Positions 38,373 to 45,521 of a DNA stretch of 64,000 nucleotides are shown here, one piece after another. The position numbers and the translations under genes were made by a program. Positions within the stretch are counted from its first letter, which is position 1. Each line of letters begins with the position of its first letter. Source of the stretch: a virus; IMG/VR virus record IMGVR_UViG_3300045988_023742, positions 32,001-96,000 of that record, one strand, 5' to 3'. Under the pieces are notes generated by a model, which was not told the DNA's origin, ran no database searches, and saw only the letters and a program-made list of their open reading frames with translations.

Positions 38373-38483
38373 TGGGGAAGGTAGGACTCGAACCTACATA
38401 GTGATAGTTTATGAAACCTATTGCTTATTGATTTAGTATTGTAAGTATCTAAGATACTATTAAACCATTTTAGCTACTTCCCC
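38373..38483 (-). tRNA. tRNA-like gene interrupted after the D arm (contains a TTCATAA, CAU-type loop)
   Basis: Perfect acceptor GGGGAAG/CTTCCCC, D arm GCTA-AAATGGTTTAA-TAGT and T arm GTAGG-TTCGAGT-CCTAC. About 55 nt lie between the D and T arms, including AGTATC-TTA-GATACT-TACAATACT. Confidence 0.45.
38435..38458 (-). repeat. Stem+TACAAYAYT element, copy d (local hairpin)
   Basis: Minus strand AGTATC-TTA-GATACT-TACAATACT, inside the second interrupted tRNA-like gene. Confidence 0.7.
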
Positions 38484-38500
38484 TTGTATAGTCACTATTT

Positions 38501-38573
38501 ATATACATGTTAGAATCGAACTAACTACACTTGAATTACAAATTCAATGCTCTACCAAATGAGCTAATGCTAT
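38501..38573 (-). tRNA. tRNA-Thr(UGU), imperfect acceptor stem
   Basis: ATAGCAT-TA-GCTC-ATTTGGTA-GAGC-A-TTGAA-TTTGTAA-TTCAA-GTGTA-GTTAG-TTCGATT-CTAAC-ATGTATA. The acceptor pairs fully only if one A is bulged. Flanking stem AGTCACT / AGTGACT. Confidence 0.6.
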
Positions 38574-38574
38574 T

Positions 38575-38590
38575 AGTATTGTAAGTGACT
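38575..38590 (-). repeat. Stem+TACAAYAYT element, copy c
   Basis: Minus strand AGTCACT-TACAATACT. The partner AGTGACT lies at 38490-38496. Confidence 0.7.
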
Positions 38591-38612
38591 GAATATCTGT
38601 AGACACTAAATT

Positions 38613-38686
38613 ATCACATTGTTGGAATCGAACCAACTACTATCTGCTTAAAAGGCTGATGCTCTAACCAAATGAGCTAAATGTTA
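38613..38686 (-). tRNA. tRNA-Lys(UUU)
   Basis: TAACATT-TA-GCTC-ATTTGGTTA-GAGC-A-TCAGC-CTTTTAA-GCAGA-TAGTA-GTTGG-TTCGATT-CCAAC-AATGTGA. Flanking stem TAGACACT / AGTGTCTA. Confidence 0.65.
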
Positions 38687-38690
38687 TAAT

Positions 38691-38707
38691 AATATTGTAA
38701 GTGTCTA
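38691..38707 (-). repeat. Stem+TACAAYAYT element, copy b
   Basis: Minus strand TAGACACT-TACAATATT. The partner AGTGTCTA lies at 38600-38607. Confidence 0.7.
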
Positions 38708-38712
38708 ATGGT

Positions 38713-38743
38713 GAATGTAGGAGGTCTCTCTCCTCCTACATTC
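38713..38743 (-). other. Perfect 12-bp hairpin (terminator or structured RNA)
   Basis: GAATGTAGGAGG-7 nt-CCTCCTACATTC. No U-tract follows it on the minus strand. Confidence 0.5.
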
Positions 38744-38800
38744 TATTGATACTTGTTGTTGAACATTAATACGCTATTCTAATCTATGAAATACAGTTAT

Positions 38801-38815
38801 AATGTTGTAAGTATC
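38801..38815 (-). repeat. Stem+TACAAYAYT element, copy a
   Basis: Minus strand GATACT-TACAACATT, right after the stop of the vWA gene. A possible partner AGTATC lies at 38748-38753. Confidence 0.55.
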
Positions 38816-38824
38816 ATTAGGTCC

Positions 38825-40648
38825 TTAAAGGACATTTTCTCTCACTATGTCATATCTATTACTCCTGAACAATGACTGTAAAGGAGTATAAACATCCATA
38901 ATATCCATATCTTTGAAGTTAGTTAAGAACTGCTCAATCTGTGCTACATTAGCAGGGATATAAATCATGTTCTCAATACCTTCAAATCTGTTGATAGAAG
39001 CACTTCTGAAGCCCCAATCACCATCTACATCAATAGCTACAATATATGGCTTAAATCCAAAGTATCTTTGACACTTCATCATAAAGTCATTCATTGAAGC
39101 TTCAGGAGACCACAATGAGTTCCACTCACCATCACTGATGATAGTCCATACAGGATAGTTCTTCAGAGCATCAAGTATCTGAGGGTTATTCTGACACTCC
39201 CTATGCAAATCATCAGGTATTTTACTTATGTTAGTACCACCACCTTGGAATACTGCATTACAGAAGTTCCTAATAGATTGATAGTTCTCACAGAAGCTCT
39301 TCTTAGGGTCAACAAAAGGAGTCTGCTTTACCTTTACTGTTTCACTTCTGATGAAAGAGTTTACAGAGTTATTCTTTCTGTCTATACAAGTATGCCAATG
39401 ACTATTAGTATTGAAGAAACCAAGTAAGTTTCTACCATCATCATCTGGGTTCTTACATAAACATACAGAAGCTAAGAATGTAGCAAAGTTGAAAGGTTTA
39501 CCTCTCATAGAACCTGAATCATCTATGATTACAAGACTATTATAAGGAAGATTGACCTTAGTCATGAAGGTTTCAAGCTTTAGCTCATCTACATTGTCAT
39601 TACAGATGTCATTATATAGCTCTTTGAAATTAGTAGCTCCTGTATTGACCTTAGCCTGCTTTGCAACTTTCTTCAACTTGATTTTATCCTCTTCTGTAGC
39701 TTGCCCCTGTCTAACTTTTTCCTCTAGAACTCTCTGTTCCTCTTGTTTAGACTCCTTGTACTTCTCCCATTCAGTGAGCCAAGGCTGGAACTTAGAATAT
39801 TTATCCTTCTCAGTATCTTTAATCTTACTGTAAAGGATTCTATTCTTAACTCTAAACCTTGCCTGTGAAGGAAGCTTGTCAAACCAATCAATAAATGATT
39901 GTTTGTCAAACTCATTGATTTTACCTGTAGAGAATAGTACTGACTCAAGGTCACCATTGTAATCCTTTCTCCACTTCCTATAGTCCTTGAAGTTAGCATA
40001 GTTCTCATTTACTTCATACTCCCAACCCATAAGTTCTGAGAGCATTATAAGCAACTTAACCTTATCTTCCATTACCTTTTTAGTCTCAGGAAGCATCTTG
40101 CTATGACCACTTCTTTTGCTTACTCTAGGAAGTGTCAAGAATTTAGCAACAAGAGTTTTATTGAAAGGATTATTACCATTGATAACCTTATAGAGATAGC
40201 TTGCAATAACCTCCCTATATTTTGCCTCAGCAAAGAGATTATGTATTCTAATAACTCTAGAGCCTTTAGTCTGTACTCTATTTCTGAACAGCAAATCAAA
40301 GCAAGTATATTCATTGAATAAACCTGCTTCAAGGAACTTCACAAATTGAGCTTGATGCTTATTCCACATCCAATCAAGAACTACTTGGAAACCTTCTCTA
40401 TTGGCATTACCACCACTATCCTTCTTAACACCCTTAAAGATGTTATGCTGTCTAGCTGTAATATCACCAATTGAGAAAAGTAAACTAAAGAACATTTGCT
40501 TATGTTCTTTATTTCCTCGAACTTCTGACCAGCAAGCATCAAGTAATGATGCATCAATTGTGTTGCCTACACTCTGAAAGAGTTTAAGGCAATTTCTTAA
40601 TCCATAAAAAGGATTATCGTTACTTTTGTTTAACTTTACCTGTACCAT
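38825..40648 (-). CDS. von Willebrand factor A domain protein (DUF2828-like; helical N-terminal region + C-terminal vWA)
   Basis: MIDAS motif VIIDDSGSM (DxSxS) in the C-terminal half. The long helical N-terminal region with LLFSIGDITARQ resembles DUF2828-type phage/eukaryote proteins. Confidence 0.7.
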   Translation of the reverse strand: MVQVKLNKSNDNPFYGLRNCLKLFQSVGNTIDASLLDACWSEVRGNKEHKQMFFSLLFSIGDITARQHNIFKGVKKDSGGNANREGFQVVLDWMWNKHQAQFVKFLEAGLFNEYTCFDLLFRNRVQTKGSRVIRIHNLFAEAKYREVIASYLYKVINGNNPFNKTLVAKFLTLPRVSKRSGHSKMLPETKKVMEDKVKLLIMLSELMGWEYEVNENYANFKDYRKWRKDYNGDLESVLFSTGKINEFDKQSFIDWFDKLPSQARFRVKNRILYSKIKDTEKDKYSKFQPWLTEWEKYKESKQEEQRVLEEKVRQGQATEEDKIKLKKVAKQAKVNTGATNFKELYNDICNDNVDELKLETFMTKVNLPYNSLVIIDDSGSMRGKPFNFATFLASVCLCKNPDDDGRNLLGFFNTNSHWHTCIDRKNNSVNSFIRSETVKVKQTPFVDPKKSFCENYQSIRNFCNAVFQGGGTNISKIPDDLHRECQNNPQILDALKNYPVWTIISDGEWNSLWSPEASMNDFMMKCQRYFGFKPYIVAIDVDGDWGFRSASINRFEGIENMIYIPANVAQIEQFLTNFKDMDIMDVYTPLQSLFRSNRYDIVRENVL

Positions 40649-40671
40649 TCTGCTAATGTTTTATTTTATTT

Positions 40672-40689
40672 TTGTAAGTAACGTAGTTA
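40672..40689 (-). repeat. Stem+TACAA element, copy h, upstream of a protein gene
   Basis: Minus strand TAAC-TAC-GTTACT-TACAAAAAT. The ACTTACAA core ends about 23 nt upstream of the ATG at 40648. Confidence 0.5.
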
Positions 40690-40735
40690 GGATATTCTTT
40701 TCTATCTTTGAACTATATATGTCTTCCTTATACTA

Positions 40736-41179
40736 CTAGAAAGTTTCAGTTTCACTCATAGCTGAAAGCTCTGCTTCAAGCTCCTTAATCTTATCTTCAG
40801 GTGACTTCTGAGATTCTTTAAGAGCTTTAAGTTTAGCTGTAAGTTCAGCTTTCTTCTGAGCATTTTCCTCAACTTCCATTCTATGCCTCTTGTAACCTAT
40901 TACTAGGTTTACAAGCTCCTTCTGTTCCTTAGCAGTATCTAACTGCCTTGCATTAGAATTGCTTGCAACCCACTCATCTTGACTTTCAAGCTGCTTAATC
41001 TTGTTAGATAAAGCAAGTCTGATGTTATTAAGAGAGTTGATTGTAGTAGTGTGGAGCAACTCAACTACATTGATAGGTGTGCCAAGCTTAGAATTTACTG
41101 TGTCGTTGCTAAGCAACATAGTAAGAAGCAATGAACACATCTTATCAAAGTGTTCTTTTGTGAAATTAATCTTTGCCAT
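40736..41179 (-). CDS. Hypothetical coiled-coil protein
   Basis: 147-aa ORF. Confidence 0.6.
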   Translation of the reverse strand: MAKINFTKEHFDKMCSLLLTMLLSNDTVNSKLGTPINVVELLHTTTINSLNNIRLALSNKIKQLESQDEWVASNSNARQLDTAKEQKELVNLVIGYKRHRMEVEENAQKKAELTAKLKALKESQKSPEDKIKELEAELSAMSETETF

Positions 41180-41343
41180 TAGATATTGATTTTATAGTAT
41201 TCTTTACCATTTTCCTTGAGTTCCTTGACATACTCAATGTCAATCTTATCATTACATGAGTAGGAGTTTACAATCATAACTTCCTTACTCTCATCAAGGT
41301 TCTTCAATGCCTCTCGAAGGTCTTTTACTGTAAATTTTGCCAT
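41179..41343 (-). CDS. Small hypothetical protein (54 aa)
   Basis: Hand-translated MAKFTVKDLREALKNLDESKEVMIVNSYSCNDKIDIEYVKELKENGKEYYKINI. TAATG overlap with the next gene. Confidence 0.4.
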   Translation of the reverse strand: MAKFTVKDLREALKNLDESKEVMIVNSYSCNDKIDIEYVKELKENGKEYYKINI

Positions 41344-41405
41344 AGTTTTCTAACTTAATAAGTTATTCTACATAGAAGTAAGTAAATGTTATAAGCTACT
41401 TTATA

Positions 41406-41436
41406 ATTGGGATGCTCATTACAGAAACATCCCAAT
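41406..41436 (-). terminator. Hairpin terminator
   Basis: ATTGGGATG-13 nt-CATCCCAAT, 9-bp stem, about 50 nt after the stop at 41484. Confidence 0.5.
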
Positions 41437-41483
41437 TTACTTATAAACTCTCTTAAGTCTACTTTGTACTTATACATGACTTC

Positions 41484-42146
41484 TTAGTAGCCACTAATAA
41501 TTTCAAAGTCTACCATATCACCATACTTGGCTTCAGTGATAAGCATACCAAAGTACTTTCCAAGATGCTGAGCAATCTCTTTATTTGCACAACCTAGGAA
41601 CCCGATATTAGCATTAGCATCACCCACACCATTGCTAGAGTTGAAGTAACCCAAGCCAGCATTACCACCATTATAAGCGTAGCCACCAAGAACATTATAT
41701 TCTTCCCCTTCACTCTTAATCTTGCCTATTACCTCTATTTTACCTGAGTTAATCTCACTCTTATAGTAAGTAGAACTCTTAGTTACAAATGGATTGTAAG
41801 GATAATAGATGTAAGAGTCTTCTGGGTCTTTTGTGAGATGCAAATCCTGACCTAAGTTAAGAGCTTTTCTGATGATGTTTAACTTGAACATAGCAGCAGA
41901 TGCTTTACTAATTGTGGCTATGTTGTTAGCATTAATAAGACATAACATATAATCAAGATTAAGAGCCATACAAGCCTTCTTAAAAGTTGTAATGCTCTTA
42001 AAGTTATATGTCAACTCATCTTTGTCAAAGGCTTGAAGTGCAATCTCTTTGAGTGTTGCATTTCCACTGTTGAACCACTCTTTAGCCTTATTAAGAGTGA
42101 CAGTTACATTTCTTTCTTTCATGTTATTTATATTAATTAATCCCAA
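41484..42146 (-). CDS. Hypothetical protein
   Basis: 220-aa ORF. Confidence 0.6.
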   Translation of the reverse strand: MGLININNMKERNVTVTLNKAKEWFNSGNATLKEIALQAFDKDELTYNFKSITTFKKACMALNLDYMLCLINANNIATISKASAAMFKLNIIRKALNLGQDLHLTKDPEDSYIYYPYNPFVTKSSTYYKSEINSGKIEVIGKIKSEGEEYNVLGGYAYNGGNAGLGYFNSSNGVGDANANIGFLGCANKEIAQHLGKYFGMLITEAKYGDMVDFEIISGY

Positions 42147-42322
42147 ATATACGCTTCATACTCACATCTAAGCTCCATTTCAGCTTGCTTAGCTTCTTCA
42201 AGATATATACTTAAGAAGTGTGAACATTCATCAAAACTTTCAATGTTTCCATCAAATTCAATGTACAACCATTGTTCACAGTATCTTACTGCTGATTGTT
42301 GCTTTTCAGTTGACTTTCTCAT
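42137..42322 (-). CDS. Hypothetical protein
   Basis: 61-aa ORF. Confidence 0.45.
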   Translation of the reverse strand: MRKSTEKQQSAVRYCEQWLYIEFDGNIESFDECSHFLSIYLEEAKQAEMELRCEYEAYIWD

Positions 42323-42423
42323 TAGTTCTAGATATTAGATATTCCTCAAAGATATTCCCTATTACAGGTCTATCCTTGAGAAATATTGTTCTACTTCAAT
42401 CCTATTAGCTTTTTGATTCTAGC

Positions 42424-42705
42424 CTATAGTGTATTCTTCTCTGGCTGAACAGTAGAACTTCCACTATTCTTTCTGTTCTTATAGATAGTCTTAGGACCTA
42501 CTGCTAAGAAACTTACACCCAATTTAGCTGGATTATTTGCAGGAGCTATAACTTGATACCAATGTATATAACAGGCATTACTTGTTCTACCTTCAAGCTT
42601 AGTTGCAGCATATCTGCAAGCTTCTTTAATGTTATGAGGATTAGCTGTAATAGCCTGGACTAGAATATTATTCTCCTCATCAGTCCATCTTTTCTTTGTT
42701 ATCAT
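42424..42705 (-). CDS. Myb/SANT-like DNA-binding protein
   Basis: KRWTDEENNILVQAI...NACYIHWYQV shows the W..E...L / W spacing of Myb-type HTH repeats. Confidence 0.55.
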   Translation of the reverse strand: MITKKRWTDEENNILVQAITANPHNIKEACRYAATKLEGRTSNACYIHWYQVIAPANNPAKLGVSFLAVGPKTIYKNRKNSGSSTVQPEKNTL

Positions 42706-42743
42706 ACTCTTGTTTGCTTTATTATTCTTATTTCTTGTTTTTG

Positions 42744-42815
42744 TGCCCTTAGTAAGACTCGAACTTACATTCCAAGTTTAGGAAACTTGTGCTCTATCCA
42801 TTGAACTATAAGGAC
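42744..42815 (-). tRNA. tRNA-Arg(CCU)
   Basis: GTCCTTA-TA-GTTC-AATGGATA-GAGC-A-CAAGT-TTCCTAA-ACTTG-GAAT-GTAAG-TTCGAGT-CTTAC-TAAGGGC-A. Confidence 0.8.
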
Positions 42816-42946
42816 AGTTGGGGCTTTTTATTCTTCAAGTGTGTGCCCTCTTCTATTCCTTCTTCACACTTATGGCTATAGAAGTAACTAGCTAGCTTAG
42901 TACTTTAGATTCACCATACTCTTTACACTTTGCAACCCTCAAAGTG

Positions 42947-43126
42947 TCAGTTAGAAAACAATGCTATTACATCTTCAAAAGTATATTCAACCTTATTTAA
43001 ATCTAGTGATTTAGTAGGTTTAATAACCTTTGAAGACTCTTTATTGTATTCTCTAGCAACAACATCAACCTCTTCATCTAATAAAGAATGGTTTATTGCA
43101 AAGTAATATAGTTCTTTAATTGTCAT
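42947..43126 (-). CDS. Small hypothetical protein (59 aa)
   Basis: Hand-translated MTIKELYYFAINHSLLDEEVDVVAREYNKESSKVIKPTKSLDLNKVEYTFEDVIALFSN. Followed by the hairpin CACTTTG-7 nt-CAAAGTG. Confidence 0.4.
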   Translation of the reverse strand: MTIKELYYFAINHSLLDEEVDVVAREYNKESSKVIKPTKSLDLNKVEYTFEDVIALFSN

Positions 43127-43141
43127 AACTATTAACTTTTG

Positions 43142-43215
43142 TGCATCCAGTGAGACTCGAACTCACAACCCACAGCTTAGAAGGCTGTTGCTCTAATCCA
43201 TTGAGCTATGGATGC
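43142..43215 (-). tRNA. tRNA-Arg(UCU)
   Basis: GCATCCA-TA-GCTC-AATGGATTA-GAGC-A-ACAGC-CTTCTAA-GCTGT-GGGTT-GTGAG-TTCGAGT-CTCAC-TGGATGC-A. Confidence 0.85.
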
Positions 43216-43280
43216 TTCAATTAGATTATTTCTAAACCATGTATGTTACAGTATTTATCAGCTAGCTCTCTTAATGCAAG

Positions 43281-43354
43281 TGGGTCAATAGGGACTTGAA
43301 CCCTAAACCTTCACATTATGAGTGTGCTGCTCTAACCACTTGAGCTATAGACCC
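43281..43354 (-). tRNA. tRNA-Met/Ile2(CAU)
   Basis: GGGTCTA-TA-GCTC-AAGTGGTTA-GAGC-A-GCACA-CTCATAA-TGTGA-AGGTT-TAGGG-TTCAAGT-CCCTA-TTGACCC-A. Confidence 0.8.
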
Positions 43355-43421
43355 TAAATGCTATTACTTCACAGTAATAGCACATCCTAAAAACAATCTT
43401 TAACCTTATAATAACTAAAAC

Positions 43422-43661
43422 CTAATCTTTATCTAGTTTAAGTGTCTTATTAAATAGATTATAACCAGACACTATCTTGTACTCTTCTTTAGTAATAGTA
43501 TAGAAACAAGCTAAAATGAGCATAATATTTAATACTATCATACCAAAGAACCAACCATAACCTTTGTATGCAATACTATCTATACCACAAACAGAGAGTA
43601 TTACTATGAGTGCTGAAACCCATAGTAATATACCTTTGAGAATTAACTTAATACTTTTCAT
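43422..43661 (-). CDS. Membrane protein
   Basis: 79 aa with two TM helices. Confidence 0.5.
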   Translation of the reverse strand: MKSIKLILKGILLWVSALIVILSVCGIDSIAYKGYGWFFGMIVLNIMLILACFYTITKEEYKIVSGYNLFNKTLKLDKD

Positions 43662-43957
43662 GATTTCTTAAAGTTTAATTCTTTCTGTATTTGCTCTTTT
43701 ACCTCTTTTGAGAGGTATTGCTTGTAGTCTTTTCCAGTCTTTGCAGACTTTCTATTGATATATACTGCACCACTCTTGGTAATATAGATAGGATATTTAT
43801 TACCTTTCTTATCTTCCCAAGTATATTTAGTTTGCTGTCCTTCACTCTTTGTAGTTTGAGTAGTTGTAGACTTAAAAGTATTACCTTCTCTTGCTACTTG
43901 AGCATAGCTTGTACAGCTTAATAAAGCCATAAACAAGCAGAAAATGAGCTTTTTCAT
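43658..43957 (-). CDS. Secreted/lipoprotein-like small protein
   Basis: Signal peptide MKKLIFCLFMALLSCTSYAQ with a lipobox-like LLSC. Confidence 0.55.
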   Translation of the reverse strand: MKKLIFCLFMALLSCTSYAQVAREGNTFKSTTTQTTKSEGQQTKYTWEDKKGNKYPIYITKSGAVYINRKSAKTGKDYKQYLSKEVKEQIQKELNFKKS

Positions 43958-44172
43958 TATTTATTTTGCTGATTTTTACTTTCCATTATGATGTAAATTA
44001 CAAGCCAAAAGACTATATTTGCACCAATGATTACTGTTGTATCTTCCATTGTTTCAGTAAAAATAGTTATGAATAACCATTTAACTTTTGCTTTTGCTTA
44101 GGAGAGAAAGGCAATAAGGTAGGGAGAGATATAGTCAACCTCTCCTACCTATTACCTTATGACTTCAAAGCA

Positions 44173-44457
44173 TTAAGCCTCAACTCTGAAGATGTCAGAC
44201 TCACCTGACTTCTCAAGAGTGAGAAGCTTAGCAGATGCCAAGTCAATAGAATCACCTACTGCCTTAGCTGAGTTCTGTGACAGTGGGATGAATGTCTGTC
44301 CACCACCTACCATAGTAAAGCAAACTGAATTGCCATACTGTGATGCCACTACTACTGCTGATGCAACTGCTGCAACTTCCTCTGGTGAGAAAGCTCGTGA
44401 AGACTTAAGATTCCACTTACCAGCATACACTCTCAATGAACTAAAGATATTAGCCAT
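44173..44457 (-). CDS. Hypothetical protein, MNIF..RVYAGKW family, paralog 1
   Basis: 94 aa, clearly similar over its full length to the product of 44921..45202 (MANIFSSLRVYAGKW..SQYGNSV.FTMVGGG..IPL.QNS..LEKSGE.DI.RV). Confidence 0.6.
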   Translation of the reverse strand: MANIFSSLRVYAGKWNLKSSRAFSPEEVAAVASAVVVASQYGNSVCFTMVGGGQTFIPLSQNSAKAVGDSIDLASAKLLTLEKSGESDIFRVEA

Positions 44458-44555
44458 ATTATTTCACCTATGCCCTTAGGATTTATTTTGGTATCTAGCA
44501 CACCTGTTGTTTGTTGAATGTTGTTTGTTGTATAACCCCAATGCCCTTGGGGTTG

Positions 44556-44582
44556 TCAGTAGCCAAGGAGGAGTAATTAGCC
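44556..44582 (-). promoter_or_regulatory. Intergenic motif copy R1 (candidate phage promoter)
   Basis: Plus strand TCAGTAGCCAAGGAGGAGTAATTAGCC. Minus strand GGCTAATTACTCCTCCTTGGCTACTGA. Confidence 0.4.
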
Positions 44583-44633
44583 AAAGAGATAAGAAATATA
44601 TAATATCTTTTGGCAATGACTTACTTCGCCTTG

Positions 44634-44660
44634 TCAAGAGCAAAGGAGGAGTAATTAGCC
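44634..44660 (-). promoter_or_regulatory. Intergenic motif copy R2
   Basis: Plus strand TCAAGAGCAAAGGAGGAGTAATTAGCC. The 18-nt core is identical to R1, 78 nt away. Confidence 0.4.
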
Positions 44661-44920
44661 TAACTTAATACACATTGCAATTAGCTCCTTGCTACTACCT
44701 TTCCCTTACCTTTATCTCTTTGCTTTTGGCTCTTGCTTCTGCCTCCCATTCCCTTGATAAGAAAGAAAAGAACCAAAAGAAAGAATTAATCCTAACTATA
44801 ACTATTATTTTCTTTATATATTTCTTTTCTTTATATTACTTTCTTTTCTTGCTTCTATCTAAGGGGAGAAAAAAGAAAGGGCAAGAAGACTAATGTCTTC
44901 TCACCCAAAGATGCTAACTA

Positions 44921-45202
44921 TTATATAGTAACTCTATAAATGTCAGCTTCACCACTCTTCTCAAGAGTAGTGAGTTTAGCCTTAGTGAGGTCTATAACCT
45001 CACCAGTAGCACAGTTAGAGTTCTGGTCAAGTGGAATATAAGTTAATCCACCACCAACCATAGTGAACTGAACTGAGTTACCATACTGTGATGGTACTAC
45101 TACAGCCTGAGAAACCTGTGAGATTTCCTCATCAGTAAAGTTTCTAGTCTCTTTAACAGACCACTTACCAGCATAAACACGAAGATTACTAAAGATATTC
45201 AT
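44921..45202 (-). CDS. Hypothetical protein, MNIF..RVYAGKW family, paralog 2
   Basis: The track ORF starts at a GTG (45220). The ATG at 45202 (MNIFSNLRVYAGKW) aligns with the paralog N-terminus. Confidence 0.6.
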   Translation of the reverse strand: MNIFSNLRVYAGKWSVKETRNFTDEEISQVSQAVVVPSQYGNSVQFTMVGGGLTYIPLDQNSNCATGEVIDLTKAKLTTLEKSGEADIYRVTI

Positions 45203-45255
45203 AATAAAATGACGGTTCACCTAAGCACCGTAAGGTTCAAAGTTAATATTAAAGT

Positions 45256-45282
45256 TCAAGAAGAGAGGAGGATTAATTAGCC
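45256..45282 (-). promoter_or_regulatory. Intergenic motif copy R3
   Basis: Plus strand TCAAGAAGAGAGGAGGATTAATTAGCC. It overlaps the stop of 45273..45521 and lies 55-80 nt upstream of the ATG at 45202. Confidence 0.4.
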
Positions 45283-45521
45283 TCCTGAAAGAGAGAGTCT
45301 AGTTTAGCTCTAGACTCATAATAATTATGAGGGTCAAAAGCATCAACCCAATCATACTGAGCATCAAGAGTGTCAAGCAACTCCTCAGTGTGCTTATTAT
45401 AAGAATCATAAGCATCAATGAGTTCATTATTTTCTCTTACAGTGATGTTTTGGCACACCAAAAAGCCTGCACAAAATGCTACTATAGCAGCAAGTGTGCA
45501 AAGTACTAGTGACTTTCTCAT
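45273..45521 (-). CDS. Small signal-anchored protein
   Basis: 82 aa with an N-terminal hydrophobic helix. Confidence 0.55.
   Translation of the reverse strand: MRKSLVLCTLAAIVAFCAGFLVCQNITVRENNELIDAYDSYNKHTEELLDTLDAQYDWVDAFDPHNYYESRAKLDSLFQEAN

Noticed and set aside
38100-38830. Regularly spaced TATTGTAAGT repeats on the plus strand looked like a possible CRISPR array.
   Set aside because: The conserved core is only 12-16 nt. Spacing is irregular (about 80-130 nt). The spacers are tRNA genes on the opposite strand. No cas genes are present.
38100-38830. GTAAGT on the plus strand matches the eukaryotic 5' splice-site consensus.
   Set aside because: The genes here are on the minus strand. This is a phage genome, and the match is just the reverse complement of the ACTTAC core.
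42816-42946. Leader of tRNA-Arg(CCU) contains AAGTGTG...CACACTT followed by GAAGAATA, faintly like the stem + TACAAT element.
   Set aside because: The TACAAYAYT core is absent and the stem is a simple local hairpin. The similarity is too weak to count as another copy.
44675-44893. 72-aa plus-strand ORF in the long spacer.
   Set aside because: It is a low-complexity Leu/Phe/Ser/Lys sequence read from a pyrimidine-rich repeat-like region. It lies on the opposite strand to all neighbours and has no start context.
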